From assembly GCF_009914755.1 (NCBI RefSeq), contig NC_060937.1: a stretch of DNA of 64,000 nt, one strand, 5' to 3'. The notes under the pieces were generated by a model. That model was not told where the DNA came from and searched no databases. It was given only the letters and a program-made list of their open reading frames with translations. The position numbers and the translations under genes were made by a program. Shown here in pieces: positions 46,201 through 64,000 of this stretch. This stretch comes from the human T2T-CHM13v2.0 reference genome, Homo sapiens. How positions within the stretch are numbered: position 1 is the stretch's first letter; every line of letters starts with the position of its first letter.

Positions 46201-47823
46201 AGCTATAAATACTGCAAAGAGGCAAAAACTGCTGTGGTTTACTGACAATATGATCATATCTAGCAAATCCAAGAAAAAAAAAGTAAAAAATTACTAATAA
46301 AGGAATTCAGTAATATAGTCAGAGATGAGGCCAACATATAAAAATCCATATCTTTCTTTATACACAAGAAATAACCATTTGAAAGAAGCTGTCCCATTTA
46401 CAATAGCTAGAAAAACTGTAAAATACCAGGGGGCAGAGGTTGGAAGTAACAAAAATGCACACAAAACCTGTGAGAGGAAAACTAAAACTTTATTGGCAGA
46501 CACAAAAGAAACTTTCTGAGTAAATGGAGAGAAATCTTGAACGAGAAAATTAACATTGTAAAGATGTCAACGGTCTCCCAAAGTGATCGAAATGCACCGT
46601 GGAATCCCAGTTAAACTGCAATTGCATCTTTTACGGAATTTGACGCACTGACTGAAATTCACCTGGAAAAGAACATGCTTAGTAAACATGGTTTCCTGGG
46701 GGGAAAAAAAAACAAAAAACAAAAAACAAAAACCCAAAAAACAATGAAAATTGGTCTTGCAGACAAGGTTCAAATTAGAGATCCCAGAAAGAAACGGATG
46801 TATCTCCGGGCGGTGAGGTACACTGGGAAGGGCATGTTCCACGGAAAGAGCAGATGGACTGTCTGGAAAACAGGCTGCCAGGGGACAAAATCAACACAGA
46901 GTTCCAAGTCACAAACACGGGTAAATTCTGTGGATTAAAGAAAGATATCTAGAGATCTACAAACACAAATCTAAAGAATCCTTGATTTCACTGGAAATCA
47001 AAGATGTTGATGAAGGTAATCATGAGCTATTGTTTTTCACTCATAAAACTGGAGGTGAAAGACAAGGATTAACGTTTCTAGCGATGGTAAAGGTGTAAAA
47101 AGTATTTGGCTGCGCGGCTGGTGGTGAATAATTTTTACAACCTTCTCAGAAAACAATATGGAAACGTCCAGCACAAGCCAGCAGAGAAAGCCTGTTTGAG
47201 GCCTCTGCTGTGGATAGGGATGCCTGCCTGAACACAGGGGAATCATGTGCATCCATGCTAGCTGCAGTCATTTTGGTAATAGAAAAAAAAAAAAAAAGAA
47301 TTAGAAGGGGAAGAAAAGAGAAGCACCTTAATTCTTCGCCGGCGGAGGAGATCTTGTTACACAGCAGCATCGCCCCACAGGGCAGAGGCCTCTGCAGCCA
47401 TCAAAGAAAATGAGATCGAGCTAAGTGGGCCAACGTGGAAAGCTCCCGGGACATGGTGTTATATGTAAAAAGCAAGTTGCAGACAACGCATGAAATATGT
47501 ATGATTCCATTTGTGAAAATGCAGCATCGCTAGAAAAAACTGTATATTTTATTTCGTATGTACACACAGTGTGTAGATCCATGTAAAGAAAGCAGTCCAG
47601 ACGGTGGGGCGGGGTTGGAGATGCAGCCAGCCCTGCTTTGTGTCTAGATACTCTGGCATGCTTGGCGCCCCCATGCCCGAGGTCATGTGCTCCTGCCATA
47701 ATTTAAACAAACGCCTGAACAGCAAAATGAAATTGGAATAGGCAGCTGGACGTGGTCTGGAGCGCAAGAGGAAGGTGCGGTGCGGTGAGAAGGGAGACCG
47801 CGCTAGACCAGGTGATGTCTTAC

Positions 47824-49053
47824 TGAGAGGTGAAAATGTGCTAGCAGCCCTCCCTCGCTCTCAGCGCCTCCTCGGCCTCGGCGTCCACTCTGGCCTCGCT
47901 GGAGGAGCCCTTCAGCCCCCCACTGCACTATGAGGGCCCCTCTCTGGGGCTGCCCCTAGGCCGGGGCCGGGTCCCTCTGCTCGCGGGGAAGTTTGAAAAG
48001 AGAGGCGAAGGCGGGAACCGGGGCTGCGCGAGGCGTTCGCAGGCTGCGCGGGTTCCGGGTGGGCACGGGATCGGCGGGCCCCGCACTCACCGCGGCTGGC
48101 CGGCGCCTGCTGGGCTTGATTGGACGCTGGGTCTCGTGCATGGACCGCCCTTCCCTCTTCGCGGTGTCGTTGGCCACGATGGCGGGTCTCCTTCTGTTAC
48201 TAGCTTCTCCTCTCTTCCTCTTGATTGGCTGGGAAGCCCTCCCTCTGGGAAGCAGGAGTGCCTGGGACAGGTGCCGCAAAGTCCCGCCTGGACTGCGAGA
48301 GGTGAAGCCGGTTGCGCTTCTGGGTCCAGTGAGGACTTGGAGAACTTTTCTGTCTAGCTAAAGGATTGTAAACGCACCAATCAGCACTCTGTCAAAACGG
48401 ACCAATCAGCTCTCTGTAAAATGGGCCAATCAGCTCTCTGTAAAATGGACCAATCAGCAGGATGTGGGTGGGGCCAGATAAGGGAATAAAAGCAGACCAC
48501 GCAGACCAACAGCGGCAACCTGCTTGGGTCACTTTCTTGGGGGGGGTGGGGGGGTGGAGAGGAGGAGGGGTTTTTTTTGGTTTTTTGAACTAAATGTTGT
48601 TATTCCTAGCACTTTGGGTCTGCACTAGGATTGTGAGCTGTAATACTCACCAGGAAGGTTTGCAGTTTCACTGCTGAAGCCCTCAAGACCAGGAACCTAA
48701 TGGGAGGAACAGACAGCTCTGGACGTGCTACCTTCTAAGAGCTGTAACACTCACCACGAAGGTCTGCAGCTGCATTCCTGAAGCCGGGGAGACCAGGAAG
48801 CCACCAGGAGGAACGAATAACTCCAGACATGCGGCGTTTAAGAGCTATAACACTCCTAGCGAAAGTCTGTAGCTTCGCTCGTGAGGTTAGTGTAGGCCAC
48901 GAACCCACCAGAAGGAAGACACTTCGGAAACATCTGAACGTCTGAAGGAACGAACTCCGGACACGCCATTTTAAAAAACTAACACTCACTGCAAGGGTCC
49001 AGGGCTTCCTTCTTGAAGTCAGCGAGACCAAGAACTGACCAAATCCTGACACA
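47824..49053 (+). mobile_element. LTR12-family (ERV9) solo LTR
   Basis: tgagaggtga start and gaccaagaac...gacaca end. Repeated ccaatcagc boxes and repeated agagctgtaacactcacc U5-like units. Confidence 0.9.
48377..48490 (+). promoter_or_regulatory. LTR12 promoter: four CCAAT boxes, GATA site, AATAAA-type TATA box
   Basis: CCAAT at 48377, 48402, 48426 and 48450; AGATAA at 48476; AATAAA at 48485. This is the known ERV9 U3 layout. Confidence 0.75.
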
Positions 49054-49059
49054 TAGGAA

Positions 49060-50070
49060 TTGCAGAGGGGTGAGGCCCATGGCGGTGCTGAGGAGCGGTC
49101 CAGGAAGTATTGGTGAGAGGGATGGGGAGACCCAAGAGTGTAAGGTAAGGAAAAGGCCAGGGAAGCCGCAGACTTCCTGGAAGGTCCCGGGGCGAAGGCA
49201 GTGGGAAGGATGGGCCGGCGGCGCCATAAGAGGCTGGGGTGGCGTTGGGCAAGCGGCTCAGAGCTGCGGGGGAGCTCCAGCATCCCGGGAGCTGCTGAGG
49301 GAAGGGGAGGAGCAGGGCCTGGCTGGAAAGGGGGTGGGATGGGGAGAGCTGGGCTGTGCCGCTGCCCTGTCCCCGGAAAGAGGCGCCCCCCGGTAGCAGC
49401 GGGAGGAGCTGGGGGAGAAAAGGCTGTCACTCTCTAAGGAGTGGGGTGAGCGAGGCCGTGGTGGGGTGCTTAGTAGCCGAGGATGGGCCAAGTTGGAGGA
49501 GGAGAAGGTGCGGCGGTGCAGGAGCAGGCAGCGCCGTTCTCGCTGGGCCTGGGGTCCCGCAGCGCCTGGGACCGGAGCAGTGAGTGAGCGTGGGTGGGAG
49601 CTGCGGCCTGGGTCCCTGCGCCCGACTGCCCCGAAGGCAGGTGTGGTGGGGGGGTTGGGGGGGTGGGGGTGGGGTGTGAGGGGCGGGTGAGGCGCATTTC
49701 CAGGGGGAGTGAGTCCGGGGCCCTTGGCCTGTAGGCTAAGCAGCGAGGACAACAGCGAGGGGGCTCCGTGGCATTGCTTGGCGGGGTCACCGCGCATGCC
49801 TACTCGCTGTGGAGCCTGGGGACTCGCCAGCCACCGCGCGGGTTTACCACGGCCCACCAGGCTCCCGAGCCACCTACATAGAAGGGTGAGCTGTGGAGCG
49901 TGGTGAGCGGGCTGCCAGGCTCCTGCCGCTTAGGCCACCCTGAGCCAACGCTGCCCAGGTGGCATCCACAGCCGGTGGCCCGCGGGCCTGGGCATGAGAC
50001 CCGCGCCTCAGCCCCGCCTGCCCCGCTGGGAGAGGTAAATGGACCGCACTTGGTTTACGCCGGTTAGAGT
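49060..50070. promoter_or_regulatory. CpG/GC-rich region adjoining LTR12
   Basis: High GC, many CpGs, and G-tracts at 49643-49690. Confidence 0.65.
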
Positions 50071-50169
50071 CTCAGATGCTTTGTTACAGGGGCACAAACT
50101 ACCCTACCCCTACTGTGCGTGGGTGCGGGAGCCTTGGTCCATAAGGGAGCCATGTGGGCAATGGCTTAG

Positions 50170-50946
50170 GGTGGTTTAGGGTTCCTCAGAGACAGAGAAC
50201 CAGCTGGAGACACACACACACACACACACCACACACACACACACACACACAGAGTCCCGCCTGCATCTCAGTGATTCCAAGCACGGACCTCTCACATACG
50301 ATCTATAGCCCGTAAGAAGAAAACGCAGCGGAAAGCCTCTATGGGTTAGTGACATCTCGATGGTCCTGATCTTGCGTGAGCCTAGGCTAATGTGTGTGTT
50401 CTTGCTTTACTTGTTAACAAAGTTTAAAAAGCAAAATACAAGCTTTTCTCAATTTTAGAATAAAGATCTTAAACATTTTTGTGCAGCTGTACTTTTTTAT
50501 TACAGGAGTCAAAATGTTAAACTGTATAAAATACAGAAAAAAGTTTGAATACATTTAGTGTTTATAAAGGCTACAGTAGTGTACACTAATTCCTAGGCCT
50601 TCACAGTCACTCACGACTCACCCACAGCCACTTCCTGTCCTGCAAGCTCCATTCATGGTAAGAGCCCTGCACCAGTGTGCCACTTTTAATCTTGGCTATG
50701 CCATGTTTTTACTGTACCTTCTCTATATTGAGATATGGCATTACTTTCCATTGTGTCACAGCTGCCTGCCGTGTTTGTACAAGCCACCCTGTACAGGTTA
50801 GTAGCCTAGGAGACATAGGCTGCACCCTGTGGCCCAGGCATGTGGCAGGTGGTACTCTCCAGGTTTGTAAGTGACGTCTGAAGCAAGAGGACAAAATCGC
50901 CTAACCACACATTTCTCCAAACTCATCCCCATTAAGCAACAGGTGA

Positions 50947-50980
<34 letters not shown>

Positions 50981-51376
50981 GAAATTTATTACGGAAATTG
51001 ACTCACAAGATTATAGAGGCCAAGAGGTCTGAAGACCCATAAGCTGGTGTCTGTGAGCTGGAAGGCCAGTGATGTGACTCCGTCTGAGTCTGAAGCCAGA
51101 GAAGGAGCAACACTGAGGTCCAGGGGCAGAAGTCAGCTGCTCCACCTCAAAAGGAGACAGAGAAGGTGTCCTGCCTCCGCCTTTCTCTTCTACCAGGGCC
51201 TTAGTTTAATTCAGTGATGGTGGATTAGATGATATTGGTGAGGGCAGATCTTCACCCAGCCTACCAGTTCAAATGCTAATCTCCTCTGGAGACGCCCTCA
51301 CACCCACAAAGAATGTTTACCAGCTACCTAGGCTTCCCCTTAGCCCCGTCAAGTTGATGCATGAAAACCCCACCAG
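50170..51376 (-). mobile_element. MLT2 3' LTR of ERVL provirus (interrupted)
   Basis: Similar to 62267-62848 (tcaaatgctaatctc...gtcaagttga). Contains an internal CA/TA microsatellite. Confidence 0.75.
50250..50949. mobile_element. Tigger3/MER7-like DNA transposon
   Basis: Degenerate termini and internal gtagcctagg...aaatcgcctaac..catttctc motifs. Inserted in the LTR microsatellite. Confidence 0.65.
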
Positions 51377-51449
51377 TCCACATTTTGTCAGCTTGGCATC
51401 CATACACATCTTCAACTATGTTTAATCTCCGAATAAAGACTGTAAGACC

Positions 51450-57046
<5,597 letters not shown>

Positions 57047-59578
57047 TAGAATATTTAAAGGATTGTGTAGAAAAAGTTTTTAAAGAAATCGTTAAATAAA
57101 AAGGAAGCTGGGTTACAACTTAAAAAAAAAAAGATGATAAGACCACAGTTCTGCCTAATATGATACAACTATCCTACATACAACCAAAAGCACACCAATT
57201 TCTTCCCCAAAAGAGCTGGAAAAGTCCTTGAGTGATAGTCACTTTTCTCCTGATGTCCCATAACATGAATACCAAGATGTAAAAGTAACAGTGCTTAAAT
57301 ACTGATGTGAAGTTGTTACATGTTATGCTACATGATAAGGAGATAAGAGAAAAGAAAAATATACTTGGTTAATATATGTATATATTCACACAAAAAGTCA
57401 CTAAACAGGAAATTCTGACAATGACAGTTCTTATTTCTGCCGCCGGCCATGTAGTTGTCGCTGGCATTAATAACCACCTTCTTGCACCACCCAGTCCACA
57501 TCCCTTTGCCCTTAGCAAGTGCTGCAGCTGACTATTGTTCTTTACTGGTGGAGTGACCCCAAACCTTCATTCTTGAAGGGTCTGGGCCATTAGAGGTCCT
57601 GCCTGAATTGTATTATTGTGGTTTCCAGTGACTAATCACAGAGCATGGCAGGGCCAAGAGATGCCTGAGGATCTCCTGTCTCCCAGACACGCTCTTCCTT
57701 CCCTCCATGGTGGAGCACAATCCAGTCTCCCCTCAGTCTGATCAATCACCCCGGCCAGTGCTGTTATTCCCCTCTCAGCCTGCTGATTCTGAGGCTTGAG
57801 GACCCCAAAATGGCATATTAACTTACAATTCAATGGAAACACTGTTGTGTCTCCTGGTTGAAGCATTTCTGCCTCTGGAACTAAGACCCCTAGGCCAGCA
57901 GAATACAAAATTGCAGGAAGAGGAAATAAAAATGTTGCCAGTGAGTCACTAGGGGTAATAGTGGTGACACTCCCGTATCCACCCCTTGATTCCTGAACCC
58001 GTGAGTCCTGGCCATGGGAGAACAAGCAGCATGTATTAGTCACTGATTCAGGGCATCTGTGGCCTTCTGGAGCACCTGGTCCCAGCCCTGCAAGGTATTG
58101 CCATCGAGTTGGTGCTGTAATTGAGCCTCAAAAGGCCAATCCACCATTCTATCACACCAGCTGCAAGGATGGTGAGCACATATCAGGACCAGTGAGTCCC
58201 AGGGGCATTGTTGCACTTCTTTGGCTGTGAAGTGAGCTCCTCGATCAGAAGCAGTGCAGTGTGGAACACTGTAACAGTGGATGAGGCATTCTGTAAGTCC
58301 ATGGGTGGTGGTTTTTCCAGTAAGGACAAACCTCTGCCCCTTCCATGCTGGAAGCCATCCAATGTAATCAACCTGCCCCAGGTAGCTTCCTGATAGCCTG
58401 GGAATGGTGCCATATCAAGGGCTGTGTGTTGGTCTCTGCTGCTGGCAGATTAGGCAGTCAGCAGTGGCCGAGCCAGGTAGGCCTTCGTGAGTGGGAGTCC
58501 ATGTTTCTGAGCCCATATACTACCTCCATCCCTGCCACCATGGCCACTTTGTTTATGAGCTCATCATTGCGTGATGACAGGGGTGGCTTGGGCAAGAGGC
58601 TAACCAGTGTCCACAGAATGGGTCATCCTATCCACTTGATTACTAAAACCCTTCTCTGCTGTGTTCATTCATTGCTGACCATTCACATAGGATAGACATA
58701 TCTTCATGATTTTTGCCCATTCTGAGAGGCCTATCCACATATCTTTTCCCCAAATATCTTCGCCACCAATTTTTCCAATTGTTCTTTCCATGTCCCTGAC
58801 CACCCAGCATAAGCATTGAGCACAGCTGGTGAAATAGTCCATCACTGCACAAATGGCCACTGCTCCTTCCAAGCAAAGCACACAGCCAGGTACACTGCCC
58901 GCAGCTCTGCCCAGGAGGACTTCCCTTCCCCACTATCCTTCAGAGATGTCCCAGGGAGGGGCTGTAGTTCTGCAGCATCCACTTTCAGGTGGTGTCTGCA
59001 TATGGGGCAGAGCCGTCTGTAAACCAGGCCTGAGTCATCTCTTCCTCTGTCAGATATCATAGGGACCTCCCCAGGAGGTTACAGGCTCAGGCTAGGAGAG
59101 AGGGTCTCAGCTGAGAAAGGCGGTGGGGCAGGAGTGGGGACCATAGGCACTTGGACCACTTCTTCATGTAAACTACTTGAGCATTCAGGGGCTGGTTGGG
59201 CCTAATCACATACATACCACTTCCATTTGATGACAGAGTGTTGCTGTGCACACCTAACTGTATGGCTTGTTGGGTCAGATAACACCCTCTGACACCACCC
59301 TCTGACACATAGACATCTCACCAATAAATGTAGAATAGTTGTTACTTCTTGCTCACTAAGTCCAATCAGCATAATGTCATCAATGTAATGCATCAGTGTG
59401 ACATCTCATGGAAGGGAAAAGCAACCAAGATTCCTGCAGACTAAATTATAATGTAGGGCTGGAGAGTTGATGGGACACTCCCTGAGGTGGGACAGTGAAT
59501 GTGTATTGCTGGCCTTGCCAGCTGAAAGAAAATTGCTTCTGGTCATCCTTCCAGGAATGTGGGATTGTTTTTGACTTA

Positions 59579-59886
59579 CAGTAGTCACCCCTTATCCCTG
59601 GTTTCACTTTCCACATTTTAAGTTACCTGTTGCACAGTACAAGATATTTTGAGAGAGAGAAATCACATTTGCATAGCTTTTATTGCAGTATATTCTTCTA
59701 GTTGTTTGATTTTATTATTGTTGATAGTCTCCTACTGTGCCAAATTTATGAATTTAACTTTATCATCGGTATGTATGTATCAAAAAAAACATAGTATAGC
59801 TAGGCTTTGGTGGTTTATATATCCATAGTTTCAGGCATCCACTGGGGTCTCAGAACATATATCCTGCAGACAACGGGGGGCTACTG
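59579..59886. mobile_element. MER44-like (Tigger7 family) MITE inside ERVL pol
   Basis: Terminal inverted repeats cagtagtcacccctt...gggggctactg, with TA on the left. Confidence 0.75.
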
Positions 59887-60464
59887 CATTATTTTCCCAG
59901 GTTAAAGCAGTTCTAGTGGCTTCTGCTTGGTCTTCTTCACTGTAATAGTCCTTACTCCACAGGTCAGGGACCCAGTGTGTAGATGCTACCAGCTCCTCAG
60001 TATGCCTCTTCCAATTATGCATTCTGGAATGGGAAAATAACTACAGGATGGGTTTGGGGACCCACTTGACCCACTGTAAAATGAACCTGAGCTAAAACTC
60101 CATTGATCATTGAGCTCCATAAGCCCCTACTCTGCCTGGATGGCCACAGTGTCCTTTTCAATCTTCTGGAGTCAATGTCAGTGCAGATCCAGTGTCCAGT
60201 AGTCTCTGAAAGGTCTGAATATTCCCTTTTCCCCAGTGCACAGTTACCCTAGTAAAAGGTAAGGTAGGTCCCTTTGGAGGAGGCTGGGGAAAAGATTAAG
60301 AGTGTACATTTTGGGTAGTGTACCAGGGTTGTTTTCCAAGGGGACATTGTTTTCCCTTCATTCACGAGTTCTGAGTCTGTAAATCGGCTCAGGTCTGAGA
60401 ATTGATTGAGGGGCCATAACTCTCTGCTTTGAGAGTAATGATTTTATTATTTGAATTTGACTTG

Positions 60465-60615
60465 TTTTTAGAGACTGGGTCTCATTATGTCACCTAGGCT
60501 AGAGTGCAGTAATGTGATCATAGCTCACTGCAGCCTCAAATTCCCAGGCTCAACAGATCCCCCTGCCTCGACCTCCTGAGTTGCTGGGACCACAGGCATG
60601 TGCTGCTATGCCCAG
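60465..60615 (-). mobile_element. Old Alu monomer fragment
   Basis: ggctagagtgcagt...agctcactgcagcctc... Confidence 0.7.
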
Positions 60616-62266
60616 ATTTGACTTAGACTTTTATTCACTTGACCTAAAACTTTCCTGCTTATACAGATCACGGCTTCTGATCAAATCCCCTTCCAGGAGC
60701 CCCATAATAATGGGCCAGAGCCATGAGTCTCATGAGCCAGGCTATTCTGATTGCTGCTGTGCCAATCCTGCCTATTGCTATACTTGCACCCGACTCACTG
60801 TGGCCTCCCCAATGGCTGGATCCAGTTGCTTCCCTTGCACTTAGGTTTCCAGCTGAGTGGCTGTGGTTCCCACCATAAGGTCTGACCTACAGAGAAGAGT
60901 TATGGCAGAGCTCTTCAAGGAAGCTGGGGCTCCCTCACACAGTTCTTTCTCAAGGTATTGGTGAAAGGCTGTCTTCCAGACCCCCCAGTGTGGGTGAGTA
61001 GGTCTGAAATGACAAACCCACTCTAACACATCAGCTTCCCTAGCCCTTTAAGCTTCCTGTATATTAAACCAGGGGAGATTGGATCTTTCCAGTTTGCTCA
61101 TGGCAGGGCAGACTATCTTTTGACCCCTGTTCAGCCATCCAACCAAACTTCGCCCTTTCTAACTCACTGAGCTGCAACTTTAAATCCACAATCTCTGCTT
61201 AGTGAGCCCATATCAATAAATTTGACCTGATCCAACTTTATGTTCCTTCCACTACCATCTCACATCCTTAATATTCATTCTCACCCATGTCCCCTGGATT
61301 TCTGCTTGTATAAATCAGAAAACCCATGTTGTTCTTTTGGAGTGCAGCATAACTGCTTGTGACTCACAGTTTGTCCCTCACCTTTGGGGGTCTGCTGGGC
61401 TTGGGTCTAGTTATAGGTCTAGAGGCAAAGAAGGGTGGTGATCTGGGTCCTGAAAAGAATCAGCATTATCCCACTTTGCCACCACCTCGAGGAAGATATG
61501 ACTCAGGATGCAGGGAACTCCCTCAAATCAGGTGGAAAGGCTATACCAGTGTTGGCAGGGATGCTGCCGCCACTGGGGATGTGAAGGCCCCTTTGGTTGA
61601 GTGTGGTGGGACCTCTTCCACTGGCAAAGAATACATCAGAATTTAAGGCCTTGATACCCCCGGCTTCATCAGGTCTTCCCACATGTCCCCATTCCATCTT
61701 ACAGTTTCTCATTCTTTCCCAATTTCACCACTTAAGAGTAGACACCCTAGGAGACCGGGAGCTCAACTTGCATTGTATTAATAATTTGGCCAATTGCAGG
61801 ATGAGGTCCTGAGTTTGATTTTCAGATACTTCAGCCCTGTGGTTGTATGAAATAAGGCTCTCTGGGAACACATAGAAGCTCTTAGGTCACTTTTGTGGCT
61901 CTTGAGCTGGGAATTTCAATCCCTGAGCTCATCTTTTTCTTTTACCACTTTGTGCAATGATATTAAAAGCAACCAATGTCATTATATTCCTCAGTTTTCC
62001 TAAAATGTTCAAAAGTATGATATACAGAGTCATGTAGCTTCTTGCTTCTTATAAGTGGTTTATTAGGAGGATCCAATGCAGATATTTTGCATATCTGTAT
62101 AGTTTATGCCATGGATGATCAGTGCTCTCTTTACTACTGGAAATAGAATCGTTAGTGTCTTCACATATAGTCAGATTAAAGATCCAATTCCAGAAACTCC
62201 AGAAAGAATTCAGAAAACTCATCCTCAAAATTCTGGTCCTCTAGATCCACTCTTGGTACCAAAATC

Positions 62267-62310
62267 TATATTAGTCAGAGTTCTACAAAGAAACAGACTC
62301 AATAGAATAG

Positions 62311-62342
<32 letters not shown>

Positions 62343-62409
62343 AGATATATATCAATAGATATATATGTCTATAGAATATATGTATCAATAGTATATATAT
62401 ATCAATAGA

Positions 62410-62451
<42 letters not shown>

Positions 62452-62848
62452 TTATTATAGGAACTATGTAGTTATGGAGGACAAGAAGTCCCACAGTCTG
62501 CCATCTGCCAGCTGGAGACCCAGGAAAGTCAATGGTGTTCTTCGATCTGAGTCCAAAGACTGGAGAACCAGAAGCACCAATGTTCGATGGCAGAAGAGGA
62601 TGGATGTCCCAGCTAAAAAAGAAAGTGAATTCACCCTTCCTCAGCCTTTTTGTTCTATTCAGGCCCTCCATGGATTAAGTGATGCTTGCTCACTTTGAGG
62701 AGGGCAGGTCTGTACGCAGTCCACTGACTCAAATGTTAATCTCTTCCAGAGACCCCCTCACAGACACATCCAGAAATGACATTTTATCAGCTATCTAGGC
62801 AACCCTTCCTTAGTGCAGTCAAGTTGACACCTAAAATTAAACATCATA
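62267..62848 (-). mobile_element. MLT2 5' LTR of ERVL provirus
   Basis: Adjacent to the PBS. Ends gtcaagttgacacctaaaattaaacatca. Confidence 0.8.
62307..62451. repeat. Compound (TAGA)n/(TA)n microsatellite
   Basis: Ten perfect TAGA units at 62411-62450, plus degenerate units upstream. Confidence 0.95.
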
Positions 62849-64000
62849 AGCAGGGAAGATGGTGTGGGAGGTGAGATGTATGTCTGTGAGCAGAAGCTGG
62901 GTGGGTCTCTGCATGAACATGTAGGTACGGGTGCAAGCATGTGGGAGCTGCTGGTGGCAAAACTCAACAGAAGCAACTCATATTTAGGAAGTGAATCAGA
63001 TGTCACATCCTCTGAGCCTGTGATATTTCATGATCTGGCACAATAAAAGGCTCTCAGAGCAGGTTGTATAATAAAAAGCTAAATTTTCCAATGGTTTTTG
63101 GAAGAATGTAACTTCTGACTTTTAACAAAAAACAGAAACAAACACTTTCTTTCACAGTTAGAAATTGTCTGCCAGGCTTCTGGAGGCACCTGGGCCGTGT
63201 GGGTTCACAGTGGTCATTCAGGGAATGGATGGACATGGTGAGTTTCTGAAGCACGGGCACCACCCTTACGGTAGGGGGAGGGCTCCAACACCAAGGCCCC
63301 CAGCACACATTTCACAAGGAAAAATGACCGTGTAGTGCCTGTGTTGGTAGGTGATCAACTCTGCTGAAACTGAGAAGGGAATTTTTTTCTAGTTAGAGGC
63401 CTCACATTAAGCATGCATTGGCTTCATCTGGAGTGTGCAGAACAGAATCATTCTCTTCCCCATTGCTCCCCAAGAACAGCAATTAGAATGCAAGTTCATC
63501 TCCATATAATGCATTAAGACTTTAATGTCAGTAAACGCTTCTTACATATTAGATGCAGTGAGGAAATGTTAGTTGAAAATTCACAGACTGGTATGATCAG
63601 TTTCCTCTAGGATAAAATGTGATAAATGGGTTTTAATAAACTGAGGAGAATTATAGGCACCATCTTCTTGGTTCCTGTCAATTTTACTTAGAGTAAAATG
63701 CCATCGCAATAATTAGCTGGTTTTTACTGTATTCATTAAAAGTTTTTCTAATGACCACTTGAGGAATAAGAAAAATTAATTTCTTTCTTGAACATCAAAG
63801 GAATTCATCAATCAAACAAAAAGCAAACTTCAGGGATTATGAAAGACAGGGTGAGGGTCGGTGGTTTTCCGTGCCCACTGTGGGGACAGCGCTTTCGCGC
63901 CGTCTGTCATTGGCATGGAAGCTCGAGGCCATTCCCCCGAGCTGTGCTGATGGAGAGGGATGCAGGCCCCGGGTGGGGACCCTGGCCGTCCTTCTCAGGT

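Larger units (their letters stand above)
57145..62265 (-). mobile_element. ERVL internal region (degenerate gag, pol RT/RNaseH/IN, dUTPase-like)
   Basis: HYIDDIMLIG RT motif (59393 downward) and a dUTPase-like frame at 57636-58043. PBS tggtaccaagagtgg (62261-62247) resembles the complement of the tRNA-Leu 3' end. Confidence 0.85.

Noticed and set aside
47820-49057. TSD of the LTR12
   Set aside because: The flanks (ttac / tagg) do not match, so no TSD is claimed.
47956-49906. Long ORFs (231 aa, 199 aa) over LTR12 and the GC-rich region
   Set aside because: These are GC-content artefacts partly within LTR sequence, with no domain similarity.

Overview
Human genomic DNA that I recognise from memory as 13q12.12. 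The + strand carries the last four coding exons and ~4.3-kb 3' UTR of SPATA13 (Asef2 Rho GEF, end of the DH domain plus the PH domain). A CpG island follows, then the complete C1QTNF9 (CTRP9) gene (333 aa), overlapped on the - strand by a spliceable PCOTH-like ORF. Downstream lie processed pseudogenes of CEND1 and NUS1, a nested L1/retrocopy/Alu stack, an LTR12 (ERV9) solo LTR beside a second CpG-rich region, and an MLT2/ERVL provirus interrupted by a near full-length L1PA. The most unusual observations are four. (1) In the CEND1 retrocopy, the nonsense mutation itself creates a new ATG, and a downstream frameshift returns that frame to the native tail-anchor C-terminus (140-aa ORF). (2) A 107-aa antisense PCOTH-like ORF lies inside C1QTNF9 exon 4. 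(3) The L1PA has both a spliced 5' UTR and a 3' transduction. (4) There is a four-layer nested insertion that includes a twin-primed inversion. Gene and repeat-family names come from recalled sequences, not from a database search.
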